Source of the DNA: a virus
Length of the DNA stretch: 64,000 bases
Virus record (IMG/VR): IMGVR_UViG_3300023178_000035
Strand: one strand, 5' to 3'
This document shows positions 43,698 to 52,584 of the stretch, piece after piece. The notes under the pieces are model-generated. The model was given only the letters and a program-made list of their open reading frames with translations, had not been told where the DNA came from and ran no database searches. Positions within the stretch are counted from its first letter, which is position 1; every line of letters starts with the position of its first letter. The translations under genes were made by a program, and so were the position numbers.

Positions 43698-45425
43698 ATG
43701 AGTTGGAAAAAATATTTTACACCCTATGACGGTTCTGCTAGTCCTATAAGCGGCGCATCTACAAATGCAAGCGGACCGGCTAGTGCAAACTACAGTAGCT
43801 ATTTGCCAGACGTGTACGTCGGTTCACCTAACCGTGTTGAACGTTATGGTCAGTACAATACCATGGACATGGACAGTGAGGTAAATGCTGCACTAGACAT
43901 CCTAGCAGAATTTTGTACACAAAAAAATCATCAAGGTAATCATTTTGATTTTGAATTTAACAAACCTGCTACTAGTTCAGAAGTACAAATACTTACGCAG
44001 TACATGAGGCAGTGGTGCAAACTAAATGACTTCGACACTAGAATGTTTAGAATTTTTAGAAACGTGTTTAAGTACGGTGACGAAATATTCTTAAGAGATC
44101 CAGAAACTAAAAAACTGTATCATATAGATCCAGCTAAAGTTTCGAGAATTATTGTAAACGAGAGTCAGGGCAAAACACCTGAACAATATGTTATTAGAGA
44201 TATTAACTTTAATTTTGTAGAAGGTATTGCAACTACACCTCATCAAACCAGCGGAAACATACAGGGCGGTAATCCTGCATACGCTACTGGCGGAGCACGA
44301 GGTATGGTAGGCAATGCTGCTCAACAAGCTGGTTCTAGATTTTACAGAGAACAACAAGAACTTGGCGTAGGTGCTGAACATGTTTTACATCTAAGTTTGA
44401 GCGAAGGACTAGACAACAACTTCCCGTTTGGTAATAGTTTGTTAGAAACTGTATTCAAAGTTTACAAGCAGAAAGAATTGCTAGAAGACGCAATTATTAT
44501 CTATAGAGTACAGCGTGCGCCAGAACGTAGAGTATTTTACGTTGACGTTGGTAACATGCCTGCACACTTGGCTATGCAGTTTGTAGAAAGAGTAAAAACA
44601 GAAATTCATCAACGTAGAATACCAAGTGCTACAGGTGGCGGCACTAATGTTATTGATTCAAGCTACAACCCACTTAGCATAAACGAAGACTACTTCTTCC
44701 CGCAAACAGCAGAAGGTAGAGGTTCTAAAGTAGAAACACTACCCGGCGGTACTAACCTTGGTGAGATCGACGACTTACGCTATTTTACTAACAAACTTGT
44801 GCGTGGACTACGTATTCCTTCGAGCTATTTGCCAACCGGCGCAGATGACGGTGCAAATAATTTTCAAGACGGTAGAGTTGGAACAGCATACATTCAAGAA
44901 CTGCGTTTCAACACTTACTGTGAAAGACTACAAGGCTTACTTGTAGAAACATTCAACAGAGAGTTCAAAAGATATCTATTAGAAAAAGGTGTCAACATTG
45001 ACACTGAAATGTTTGACTTGACATTTGTAAAGCCACAAAACTTTGCAAGTTATAGACAAGCAGAACTAGATAATGCAAGAGTTCCAACATTCGGACAAAT
45101 GGCTGCTCTACCATATATTTCAAATAGATTTGCAATGAGTCGTTTCTTAGGCCTTACTGAAGAAGAAATCAAAGAAAACGAAATATTGTGGCAAGAAGAA
45201 AACGGTGAAGACGCTAATGCTGCTGCTATGGACCCTAGTGCAGAAATGAGATCAGCTGGCATCAGTGGCGCTGGCATCGGTGCTGATTTAGGAGCACTAG
45301 ATACTGAAGCACCGGGAGATGATCTAGGAGATGCAGTACCACAAGAAGGCACTGCACCAGAAACAGCAACATCTCCGCCAGAAGCAGGGGAAACTCCTCC
45401 AGCAGGCGGCGCAGGCGGAATTTAG
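43698..45425 (+). CDS. gp20: Portal protein
   Basis: Y..M....EV..ALDI, LEDA.IIYR..RAPERRVFYVDVGNMP, EDYFFP...GRG.KVETLPGG.NLGEIDD..YF..KL..GL..P.S: T4 gp20 signatures. Confidence 0.95.
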   Translation: MSWKKYFTPYDGSASPISGASTNASGPASANYSSYLPDVYVGSPNRVERYGQYNTMDMDSEVNAALDILAEFCTQKNHQGNHFDFEFNKPATSSEVQILTQYMRQWCKLNDFDTRMFRIFRNVFKYGDEIFLRDPETKKLYHIDPAKVSRIIVNESQGKTPEQYVIRDINFNFVEGIATTPHQTSGNIQGGNPAYATGGARGMVGNAAQQAGSRFYREQQELGVGAEHVLHLSLSEGLDNNFPFGNSLLETVFKVYKQKELLEDAIIIYRVQRAPERRVFYVDVGNMPAHLAMQFVERVKTEIHQRRIPSATGGGTNVIDSSYNPLSINEDYFFPQTAEGRGSKVETLPGGTNLGEIDDLRYFTNKLVRGLRIPSSYLPTGADDGANNFQDGRVGTAYIQELRFNTYCERLQGLLVETFNREFKRYLLEKGVNIDTEMFDLTFVKPQNFASYRQAELDNARVPTFGQMAALPYISNRFAMSRFLGLTEEEIKENEILWQEENGEDANAAAMDPSAEMRSAGISGAGIGADLGALDTEAPGDDLGDAVPQEGTAPETATSPPEAGETPPAGGAGGI

Positions 45426-45427
45426 GA

Positions 45428-45434
45428 ATAAATA
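45428..45434 (+). promoter_or_regulatory. Late promoter (ATAAATA), 5 nt before ATG
   Basis: TAAATA 45429-45434, then AAGTT, then ATG at 45440. Confidence 0.55.
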
Positions 45435-45439
45435 AAGTT

Positions 45440-45676
45440 ATGTTTTTAAGAGAATTTTTCTATTTTGATGATAACCTAGAGAATGTAGAAGATCCTAGCT
45501 ATGACAACAGCTACGATCAGTCTGTTGTTGATCCGTCGGATACACGAGTAACTAGGCTATGTCTTAAAGACATAAATCGTGCACGTCTTGCTAGCGATTT
45601 CCATAATTCTGAAAAGCAAGAAGAACTTTCTAGAATACGTGATATGTATAAGGTGCCTGATCAAGCATCTATCTAA
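45440..45676 (+). CDS. Small head-module protein
   Basis: 78 aa directly after the portal gene. N-terminal MFLREFF. Function unknown. Confidence 0.55.
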   Translation: MFLREFFYFDDNLENVEDPSYDNSYDQSVVDPSDTRVTRLCLKDINRARLASDFHNSEKQEELSRIRDMYKVPDQASI

Positions 45677-45681
45677 ATACC

Positions 45682-46413
45682 ATGGGCAAAATTGATAAAA
45701 GCAAGTATACCAAAGAAGAGTATAGATCTCTTAAGCGTAAAATACAACAGAAAAAACTCAAAAGAGAACGCAAAAATAATCCAATACCCCAGCCTAATAT
45801 AATAGAAAAACCTGTTGAACTTCCTAAAACTTCCGGAGTAACAGCATTTGTAATAGGCAACGGAACAAGCAGGCGTGGTATTGATATAGACGCATTAATG
45901 AATCACGGGATTGTGTATGGGTGTAATGCTCTTTATCGCAATCACAGGCCCCATCATTTAATAGCTGTTGACGTTAAAATGGTAATGGAAATAAACAGAG
46001 AAGGGTACAATGTACACAACTCTGTATGGACAAATTATAACAAAGCTTACGAAAAATTTAAAAATTTAAACTATTTTAAGCCTAGTAAAGGTTGGAGTAG
46101 TGGGCCTACGGCCTTGAATTTAGCAATAGAAAACGGCGCTAAAACCATCTATATCTTAGGTTTTGACTACAAAGGTTTGAACAATGGCTCAAAATTTAAT
46201 AACATGTATGCAGATACAAACAATTATAAAAAGTCAACTGACGGTGCAACTTATCACGGAAATTGGCTTAAACAAACTAAAACTGTAATACAGCAACATA
46301 CAAAAGTTCAATTTGTTAGAGTAGTAGAGCCTGATACATTCGTGCCAGAAGATTTAAAATTTAGCAATTTACAAACACTACACAAAGAAACATTTATAAA
46401 TTTATTTAATTAA
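45682..46413 (+). CDS. CstII/Maf(DUF115)-like glycosyltransferase-fold protein
   Basis: AFVIGNGTSR…YGCNALY…SSGPTALNLA…GAKTIYILGFDY parallels CstII (IIAGNGPSL…FRCNQFY…TSG…A..LGYKEIYLSGIDF). Lys-rich N-terminal extension. Confidence 0.6.
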   Translation: MGKIDKSKYTKEEYRSLKRKIQQKKLKRERKNNPIPQPNIIEKPVELPKTSGVTAFVIGNGTSRRGIDIDALMNHGIVYGCNALYRNHRPHHLIAVDVKMVMEINREGYNVHNSVWTNYNKAYEKFKNLNYFKPSKGWSSGPTALNLAIENGAKTIYILGFDYKGLNNGSKFNNMYADTNNYKKSTDGATYHGNWLKQTKTVIQQHTKVQFVRVVEPDTFVPEDLKFSNLQTLHKETFINLFN

Positions 46414-46488
46414 CGTTTTAACATACCAGAGTAATAAAAAAATATACCAAAAAAGTACGTATAAACACTACTTTTTTAATAAAATACG

Positions 46489-46494
46489 TAAATA
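46489..46494 (+). promoter_or_regulatory. Late promoter (TAAATA) for the prohead core / protease / scaffold / capsid operon
   Basis: Lies in the 194-nt AT-rich gap about 113 nt before 46608. GAAAGGA RBS. Confidence 0.5.
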
Positions 46495-46607
46495 ACATGA
46501 CAGTTTACAATCATTCACTCGAAATTCCTTTTGTAAAATTTTTTTTATAAAAGTATTTTTTCCTGTGTATAATAGTAGGCATTTTATGCATTAGAAAGGA
46601 TATAGCA

Positions 46608-47501
46608 ATGGCTAAAACTAATAAGTTTGAAGAAATGCTTGAGCGTCTTGTTAACGAAGACGTGCAGGGCGCAAAAGATCTTTTTCATGAAATTGTTGTG
46701 GAAAAGTCGAGAAACATTTACGAGTCTTTACTCGAAAATGACATGTACGATGAAGAAATCGAAGAAGATGTTGATGCAGAACTAGAAGAAGATGCTGACG
46801 AAGATCTTGAAGAAGATTTTGATATCGAAGAAGATTTTGATATCGAAGAAGATTTCGACGTAGAAGAAGATTTTGATATCGAAGAAGCCGACGACGACAT
46901 GGAAGGTCCTGACATGGAAATGGGCATGGACGACATGGACGACGACATGGAAGGCGGCGACATGCAAGATCAAATAGATAGCTTAGAAGCACAGCTAGAC
47001 GATCTCAAATCTGAACTTGAAGCTGCAATTGACGCAATGGATGACGACGAAGATATGGGCATGGACGACGAAGATATGGACATGGATGACGAAGACATGG
47101 ACATGGAAGACGAAGACATGGGCGGTGATCCAGCAGACGATTTAGCAGACGATGTTGAAGACGACGACATGGAAGAGTCTGCTGAAGAAGACGAAGATCC
47201 TGTTAGTGAGTCAGACATGATGAAGCGCTACATGAAAAAGCTAGACGAATATAGCACACCTGCTCCAAAGCCGGAAAACCCAACTGCTGACAATTCTAAA
47301 TCAGCTGTTGCAAGCAAAAATGACATGGGCGGCGAAGCTAACGAAAGCTATGGCGGCGACGAAAAAGGTCGTGCAGCACCAACTGCTAAAGACATGGGCG
47401 TAGATGCTGAAAATGCTCCTGGCAACAACGGCAAAAAAATGAGTGCAGCTCCGAAAGCTAAACACGAAGACAACAAAGCTAGCTCACCAATCGGTAGCTA
47501 A
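46608..47501 (+). CDS. Highly acidic prohead core protein (gp67/gp68-like position)
   Basis: D/E/M-rich low-complexity centre, many x-x-E protease-type sites, immediately upstream of the prohead protease. Confidence 0.65.
   Translation: MAKTNKFEEMLERLVNEDVQGAKDLFHEIVVEKSRNIYESLLENDMYDEEIEEDVDAELEEDADEDLEEDFDIEEDFDIEEDFDVEEDFDIEEADDDMEGPDMEMGMDDMDDDMEGGDMQDQIDSLEAQLDDLKSELEAAIDAMDDDEDMGMDDEDMDMDDEDMDMEDEDMGGDPADDLADDVEDDDMEESAEEDEDPVSESDMMKRYMKKLDEYSTPAPKPENPTADNSKSAVASKNDMGGEANESYGGDEKGRAAPTAKDMGVDAENAPGNNGKKMSAAPKAKHEDNKASSPIGS
46809..46880 (+). repeat. 4 x 18-bp coding tandem repeat (EEDFDI)
   Basis: GAAGAAGATTTTGATATC x3 exact plus one variant (GAAGAAGATTTCGACGTA). Confidence 0.9.
47043..47126 (+). 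repeat. 4 x 21-bp coding tandem repeat (DDEDM(G/D)M)
   Basis: GACGACGAAGATATGGGCATG and three near-identical units. Confidence 0.85.
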
Positions 47502-47515
47502 ACAAAGGAATCGGG

Positions 47516-48139
47516 ATGATCAACTTAGTAGAAAACCTTACATATGACGAGGCCAAAATAGTTGTCGAGTCTGCTAATGAAGGCAAGAATTTGTTCATGA
47601 AAGGAATTTTCATCGAAGGTGGCGTCAAAAACGCTAACCAACGAGTTTATCCTGTGAATGAAATTCAGAAAGCTGTCGAAACTGTTAATGAACAAATTAA
47701 AGGCGGCTATTCGGTTCTCGGTGAAGTTGATCATCCCGACGGTCTTAACATTAACCTTGATCGTGTTTCACACATGATCGAAGGTATGTGGTGTGAAGAC
47801 TCAAAAGGTTTCGGTAAACTAAAGATTTTAGAAACACCAATGGGACAACTAGTAAAAACATTGCTCGAAGGCGGTGTAAAGCTAGGCGTTTCCAGCAGAG
47901 GTTCAGGTAACGTAAAAGAAGACGGATCAGGGCAAGTAAGCGATTTTGAAATTGTAACAGTTGATATTGTTGCACAACCAAGTGCTCCTAGTGCTTATCC
48001 AAGTCCAATTTATGAACATTTACTGAATACTAAAGGCGGATACAAGGCATTACAATTAGGCAGAGAAGTTCAAGACGATGCAAAGGCACAAAAATATCTA
48101 AAAGAATCGCTGGTTAATATAATCAGTGGTCTCCAATAA
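47516..48139 (+). CDS. gp21: Prohead protease
   Basis: GIFI...VKNANQRVYP, LGEVDHP....INLDRVSH.I, LGVSSRG.G, DIVAQPSAP.A: T4 gp21 family. Confidence 0.93.
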   Translation: MINLVENLTYDEAKIVVESANEGKNLFMKGIFIEGGVKNANQRVYPVNEIQKAVETVNEQIKGGYSVLGEVDHPDGLNINLDRVSHMIEGMWCEDSKGFGKLKILETPMGQLVKTLLEGGVKLGVSSRGSGNVKEDGSGQVSDFEIVTVDIVAQPSAPSAYPSPIYEHLLNTKGGYKALQLGREVQDDAKAQKYLKESLVNIISGLQ

Positions 48140-48151
48140 CAGGAGAATAAT

Positions 48152-49258
48152 ATGTTGGATGCACTAAAAACATTATTTGAAAATAATGTAGTATCGGAAG
48201 AAATTCGTGCCGACATAGAAGATGCGTGGAATAATAAAATTGACGAAAACAAAAAGCAGGTAACTGCTGAGCTTCGTGAAGAATTTGCACGTAAATATGA
48301 GCACGATAAGCAGACAATGGTTGAATCTATTGACAAGATGCTTGAAGAATCACTAGCTGGTGAAATTGCAGAATTCCAAGAAGATCGTAAGCAATTAGCA
48401 GAAGCAAAGGCAAAGTATGCTGTAGCAATGCGTGACCACTCTGAAAAGCTTGAAGGCTTTATCATGGAACAGCTAAGTGCAGAAGTTTCTGAACTACATG
48501 AAGATCAAAAACAAGTTGCAGCAAAGTTTGAAAAATTAGAAGAATTTGTAATTGAAGCTCTTACTAAAGAGATTTCAGAATTCTATACAGATAAGAAAGA
48601 CTTAGCTGAAACAAAAGTTAAGTTGATGCGTGAATCAAGAAACGCATTTGATGAAGTAAAGAAAGACTTTATCAAGACAAGTGCTAAACTAGTTAACAAA
48701 ACTGTAAGTGAATCATTAAAGACTGAACTTTCTCAGTTGAAAGAAGATATCACAGTAGCACGTCAAAATGATTTTGGACGCAGATTGTTTGAATCATTCC
48801 AGCAAGAATATGTTGGTAGTCATTTAAATAAAAAGTCCGAAACTGCAAGACTTCTTAATGTTGTGGCTGAAAAAGAGACACAACTGAAAGAAGCTGAAGA
48901 GAAAATAGCTGAAGCTAACAAATTGTCAGAAAGCAAGAATACTGAAATCAAGCTTCTGAAAGAGAGTGCAGTGCGCACAGAAAAAGTAAATGAGTTGCTA
49001 TCACCTTTGAGCAGAAAGCAAAAAGAAATAATGACTGATCTACTAGAAAGTGTCCAAACTGCTAAGTTAGAAACAGCGTTTAACAAGTACTTACCTGCGG
49101 TTATTGATGGAGATGCTCCTAAAGCAGCAGCTAGTAATAAGGCAAAATTAACAGAAGGCAAAGAAGTAACAGGCAACAAAGAAACAAATAATAACATTAG
49201 TTCTACAGCAGACGATAATAATGTCGTTGACATCAAGCGTCTTGCAGGCTTAAAATAA
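48152..49258 (+). CDS. gp22: Prohead core scaffold protein
   Basis: Coiled-coil, E/K-rich, located between protease and major capsid genes. Confidence 0.8.
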   Translation: MLDALKTLFENNVVSEEIRADIEDAWNNKIDENKKQVTAELREEFARKYEHDKQTMVESIDKMLEESLAGEIAEFQEDRKQLAEAKAKYAVAMRDHSEKLEGFIMEQLSAEVSELHEDQKQVAAKFEKLEEFVIEALTKEISEFYTDKKDLAETKVKLMRESRNAFDEVKKDFIKTSAKLVNKTVSESLKTELSQLKEDITVARQNDFGRRLFESFQQEYVGSHLNKKSETARLLNVVAEKETQLKEAEEKIAEANKLSESKNTEIKLLKESAVRTEKVNELLSPLSRKQKEIMTDLLESVQTAKLETAFNKYLPAVIDGDAPKAAASNKAKLTEGKEVTGNKETNNNISSTADDNNVVDIKRLAGLK

Positions 49259-49271
49259 GGAGAGATTAATT

Positions 49272-50444
49272 ATGTCAGAACTACTAGAAGGTCGCTGGCA
49301 CGACACTAAAAGTGCTTTGCTTGAAGGCCTAAACGGTAACAAAAAATCCGTAATGGAAGCAACTCTCGAAAACACTCGTAAGCACTTGATGGAAACCGCG
49401 ACTGCTGGTGCAACTGGTGCAGGTAACGTTGCTACCCTTAACCGTGTGATCCTACCAGTGATCAGACGTGTAATGCCGACTGTAATTGCAAACGAAATTG
49501 TTGGTGTACAGCCAATGACAGGTCCAGTTGGTCAGATCCACACTCTACGTGTTCGCTACAGCGACACAGCTGGTTCTGGTGCAAGTGGTGCAGTTGCAGG
49601 TGAAGAAGCACTTTCACCATTCAAGATTGCAGAAGCTTACTCCGGTAACACTTCTACAGGTAAAGGTGCTAACACAGCTAACCTAGAAGGTTCCGCTGGT
49701 AACCGTCTAAGCATTCAGATCCTAAAGCAAACTGTTGAAGCTAAGTCACGTAAGCTATCCGCTCGCTGGACTTTTGAAGCTGCACAGGATGCACAGTCAC
49801 AGCATGGTATTGATGTTGAAGCTGAGATCATGGCTGCTCTAGCACAAGAAATAACAGCTGAAATCGACCAAGAGATCCTAGCTAGCCTAGGTACACTTGC
49901 TGGTACAGTTGAAACATACGATCAGGCAGCAGTGTCTGGTACAGCTACATTCGTTGGTGATGAGCACGCAGCACTTGCAGTTCAAATTAACCGTGCAGCT
50001 AACCTAATTGCACAGCGTACACGTCGTGGCGCAGGTAACTGGGCAGTTGTAAGTCCATTCGCTCTTACAATTCTTCAGTCTGCAACTACTTCTGCGTTCG
50101 CTCGTACAACTGAAGGTACTTTCGAAGCACCAACTAACACAAAGATGGTTGGTACTCTAAACAACGCTATGAAGATCTACGTAAACACCTATGCAGGTGA
50201 CGGCCAAGCTGTACTTGTTGGTTACAAAGGTTCTTCCGAGTCTGATGCAGCAGCGTTCTATTGCCCATACATCCCGCTAATGTCAAGTGGTGTGGTACTA
50301 GATCCTAGCACATTCGAACCAGTAGTTAGCTTCTTAACACGCTACGGCTATGTTGAGCTTTCTAACACTGCTTCGTCGCTAGGTAACGCTGGTGACTACC
50401 TAGCTGAGGTTGCTATTACTAACGGTAACGTATCCTTTAGCTAA
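49272..50444 (+). CDS. gp23: Major capsid protein
   Basis: LIRR-like VIRRVMPT.IA.E.VGVQPMTGP.GQI..LR, RKL.A.WT.EAAQD....HG.D.E, YCPYIP…F.TRYG. Probable maturation cut after LME41. Confidence 0.95.
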   Translation: MSELLEGRWHDTKSALLEGLNGNKKSVMEATLENTRKHLMETATAGATGAGNVATLNRVILPVIRRVMPTVIANEIVGVQPMTGPVGQIHTLRVRYSDTAGSGASGAVAGEEALSPFKIAEAYSGNTSTGKGANTANLEGSAGNRLSIQILKQTVEAKSRKLSARWTFEAAQDAQSQHGIDVEAEIMAALAQEITAEIDQEILASLGTLAGTVETYDQAAVSGTATFVGDEHAALAVQINRAANLIAQRTRRGAGNWAVVSPFALTILQSATTSAFARTTEGTFEAPTNTKMVGTLNNAMKIYVNTYAGDGQAVLVGYKGSSESDAAAFYCPYIPLMSSGVVLDPSTFEPVVSFLTRYGYVELSNTASSLGNAGDYLAEVAITNGNVSFS

Positions 50445-50460
50445 GTTAAGTTTATTTTAT

Positions 50461-50489
50461 AAAATAGGGCCTACGGGCCCTATTTTTTT
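50461..50489 (+). terminator. Rho-independent terminator after the capsid gene
   Basis: AAAATAGGGCC-TACG-GGCCCTATTTT stem with a C(UACG)G tetraloop, followed by a T-run. Confidence 0.9.
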
Positions 50490-50501
50490 GACTTTTTTTG
50501 G

Positions 50502-50529
50502 TTGACTTTATAAACAAAGACTGTATATT
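50502..50529 (+). promoter_or_regulatory. Sigma70-type promoter driving a non-coding unit
   Basis: TTGACT (50502-50507), 16-nt spacer, TATATT (50524-50529). No ORF follows before the next terminator. Confidence 0.55.
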
Positions 50530-50534
50530 AAACA

Positions 50535-50712
50535 CTGTAACAAGACGTTGTTACAATATAGGTTGACTGAATAATCCGTGGCAGATGCGGATAAAGTAAT
50601 ACCGAAGGGGATAGCTTCCCGTCTTAGCAGATGCAGGTAAGTTTGGGTCGAGTAGACAGGAGTCTGCCAAAGACCCATTGAAGGTAATCCTTAATCCTTC
50701 ACCTATTTTTTT
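50535..50712 (+). ncRNA. Candidate ~170-nt structured small RNA (family not recognised)
   Basis: 5' hairpin TGTAACAA/TTGTTACA. Multibranch closed by ATAGGT(50558)/ACCTAT(50706) with four internal stems, then a T-run. Flanked by a promoter and a terminator. Confidence 0.65.
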
Positions 50713-50714
50713 AT

Positions 50715-50750
50715 AGAAAAAGGCATGTTGTTTTGCAGCATGCCTTTTCT
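50715..50750. terminator. Probable (bidirectional) terminator
   Basis: AGAAAAAGGCATGTTG…CAGCATGCCTTTTCT inverted repeat. Confidence 0.75.
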
Positions 50751-50759
50751 CTTATGTTG

Positions 50760-50848
50760 ATAAATACAATGTCATAGAGAGAACCTCAATGATGAGGACT
50801 TATGCTGTACCCACAGCGTAGACCTAGAACGTCACAAAGGAGAAAAAA
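50760..50848 (+). promoter_or_regulatory. Late promoter plus ~80-nt structured 5' leader
   Basis: ATAAATA 50760-50766. Hairpins CCTCA/TGAGG, TATGCTGT/ACAGCGTA and GAC/GTC, then AAGGAG RBS. Confidence 0.55.
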
Positions 50849-51214
50849 ATGGGACGTCCAGTAAATAAAAGAAATTTTGGCGCAACAGGTGTTGACGCTA
50901 CACCAACTATTCCAATTAGATTCCACGATGGCTCTAGTTTAATTGAAGGTAAAATACTTTCACAAAGAGGCACAAACAAATTTAACTGTTCAAACGACGG
51001 TGATACAATCACAAGAATTTGTAGACTAACATCAGACGGTTCTGCACCTAATGCTAACTTTGAATGTCAACTTATTGGCATTGGCGCTGGTGGCGGAGCA
51101 ATTGCAATTGCAAAGCTTTTTAACAGAACTGCTATAGACTATGATGGCAATCGTTATACATGGGCTACTGAAGATGACTCAACAGAGTCTATTCTAAGAC
51201 TTACTGCAATTTAA
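50849..51214 (+). CDS. Small virion structural protein (hypothetical)
   Basis: 121 aa, strong RBS, late promoter, first gene after the capsid gene. Confidence 0.6.
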   Translation: MGRPVNKRNFGATGVDATPTIPIRFHDGSSLIEGKILSQRGTNKFNCSNDGDTITRICRLTSDGSAPNANFECQLIGIGAGGGAIAIAKLFNRTAIDYDGNRYTWATEDDSTESILRLTAI

Positions 51215-51223
51215 GGGTAAAAC

Positions 51224-52261
51224 ATGTCAAGGATTGTTAGAGTACATAACGACGATTATAGTATAGTTGTAGATAACGGTTCTTCAGGAACCATTACCCT
51301 TGACACCACAGGTGACAGTGGTTCTATACAAGGAACCACTGTCATTAAAGGAAACCTACAAGTTCTTGGTACAACTACTACTGTTGAATCAGAAACTGTT
51401 ACAATAGACGATAATATAATTGTTTTAAACGATGGCGAAACTGGTGCTGGTATAAACGCATCTGTTAATTATAAGTCAGGAGTTGAATTAGACCGAGGTA
51501 GTCTTAATAATGCACGTATTGTTTTTGATGAACAAACAGCATTTTACACTGCTGGCTCGTCAGGCACTGGTAGTTTTAAACTAGAAGACTCTACAGGTGC
51601 ACACTTGCCATTAAGCACAAACAGTATTCATGCACAAGGCACGTTATATTTAACTACACCTGGTAGTCATATTTCTGTAGCTGGCGAAGCAAATTATGAA
51701 GAAAACGTTTATCGTTATGCAAGCGGAATAATTGTAGATCTTGGCGGCGGCTATATCATAGATGATGATGCTATACCAAACGCTAAAGCAGTAAATGATC
51801 TAGTTACATATAGACTTACAGTCACAGGGGCTAATCAAATTGTCAGTGCTGATACGAAAGTAAGAGCGCTAGACGAAGATGTAACTTTGCAAGAAAGTAG
51901 AGTAGCAGTAGAAGTAGATGGATTAAATCCATTTAATTTTTATTCTAATCGTACAGAGCTTCATAATATAAGAATACAAGATAATCAAATTTCAACGCTT
52001 AATGCGGACAGTACAAGTGCAGATCTTATTCTTAGTGCCGGCGGTACAGGAAGTATTAGAGCAGATGATGCAATTATTATCACAAACACCACATTCCAAG
52101 CAGAAGATGCATCAGCTCCAACTGCGCCTAGCGAAGGTGTAAAAATTTATGGTGATACAGTCGGAGCAGGCAACACCGGTTTACACTTCATTAACAGTGC
52201 TAGCACATCAAGTGAACTTATAAGTAAAGATAAAGCATTGCTTTTTGCAATGTTATTTTAA
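51224..52261 (+). CDS. Virion structural protein (fibre/decoration-like)
   Basis: GNLQVLGTTTTVES….DN.I.LN.GE.G.G…G.E.DRG repeat-type motif of phage fibre shafts. T/S/D/G-rich. Confidence 0.6.
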   Translation: MSRIVRVHNDDYSIVVDNGSSGTITLDTTGDSGSIQGTTVIKGNLQVLGTTTTVESETVTIDDNIIVLNDGETGAGINASVNYKSGVELDRGSLNNARIVFDEQTAFYTAGSSGTGSFKLEDSTGAHLPLSTNSIHAQGTLYLTTPGSHISVAGEANYEENVYRYASGIIVDLGGGYIIDDDAIPNAKAVNDLVTYRLTVTGANQIVSADTKVRALDEDVTLQESRVAVEVDGLNPFNFYSNRTELHNIRIQDNQISTLNADSTSADLILSAGGTGSIRADDAIIITNTTFQAEDASAPTAPSEGVKIYGDTVGAGNTGLHFINSASTSSELISKDKALLFAMLF

Positions 52262-52272
52262 GGATTTAAAAA

Positions 52273-52584
52273 ATGGCAATAGCAAACGCAACATTAGCAG
52301 CAGGTAACACTGACATATTGACTGTGCCAGCAAGTACAAAGTATGCAATTTTGAATATAATTGTTTGTAACAACTCAGGTTCTTCGCAATCATTTGATCT
52401 GCATTTTAGGCCAGATGGCGAATCAGTTGATAACGAAAACAGAGTTGCAAATTCTGTTACTGTAGATGCAGGCGATACTTTTGTATGGGATTTTTCTAGA
52501 ATTATAATAGAAGAAACCGATGTAGTTACGTTTAACAATGCAAGCACAAGTTTGTCTGCTACAATTAGTTATATGGTGGCATAA
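52273..52584 (+). CDS. Small beta-sandwich virion protein (hypothetical)
   Basis: 103 aa, beta-rich, in the same late operon. Confidence 0.55.
   Translation: MAIANATLAAGNTDILTVPASTKYAILNIIVCNNSGSSQSFDLHFRPDGESVDNENRVANSVTVDAGDTFVWDFSRIIIEETDVVTFNNASTSLSATISYMVA

Noticed and set aside
45674-45679. TAAATA just before ORF 45682 as a late promoter
   Set aside because: It is only 2 nt from the ATG and includes the previous gene's stop codon, so it is likely coincidental.
46809-47126. Tandem repeats as a possible CRISPR array
   Set aside because: Units are contiguous, in-frame coding repeats with no unique spacers. No cas genes are in the window.
46718-47218. Ser-rich and Phe/Ile-rich ORFs (46718, 46782, 46970, 46651)
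   Set aside because: They are shadow or alternate frames of the acidic tandem repeats in the prohead-core gene.
50574-50592. TGGCAGATGCG resembles a tRNA-Leu D-arm
   Set aside because: No T-loop (TTCRA), acceptor stem or anticodon arm in register.
50784-50800. ATGATGAG resembling a hammerhead core or box C
   Set aside because: The core needs CUGAUGA plus GAAA with three stems, or a box D. Neither is present, and the motif sits in a simple hairpin.
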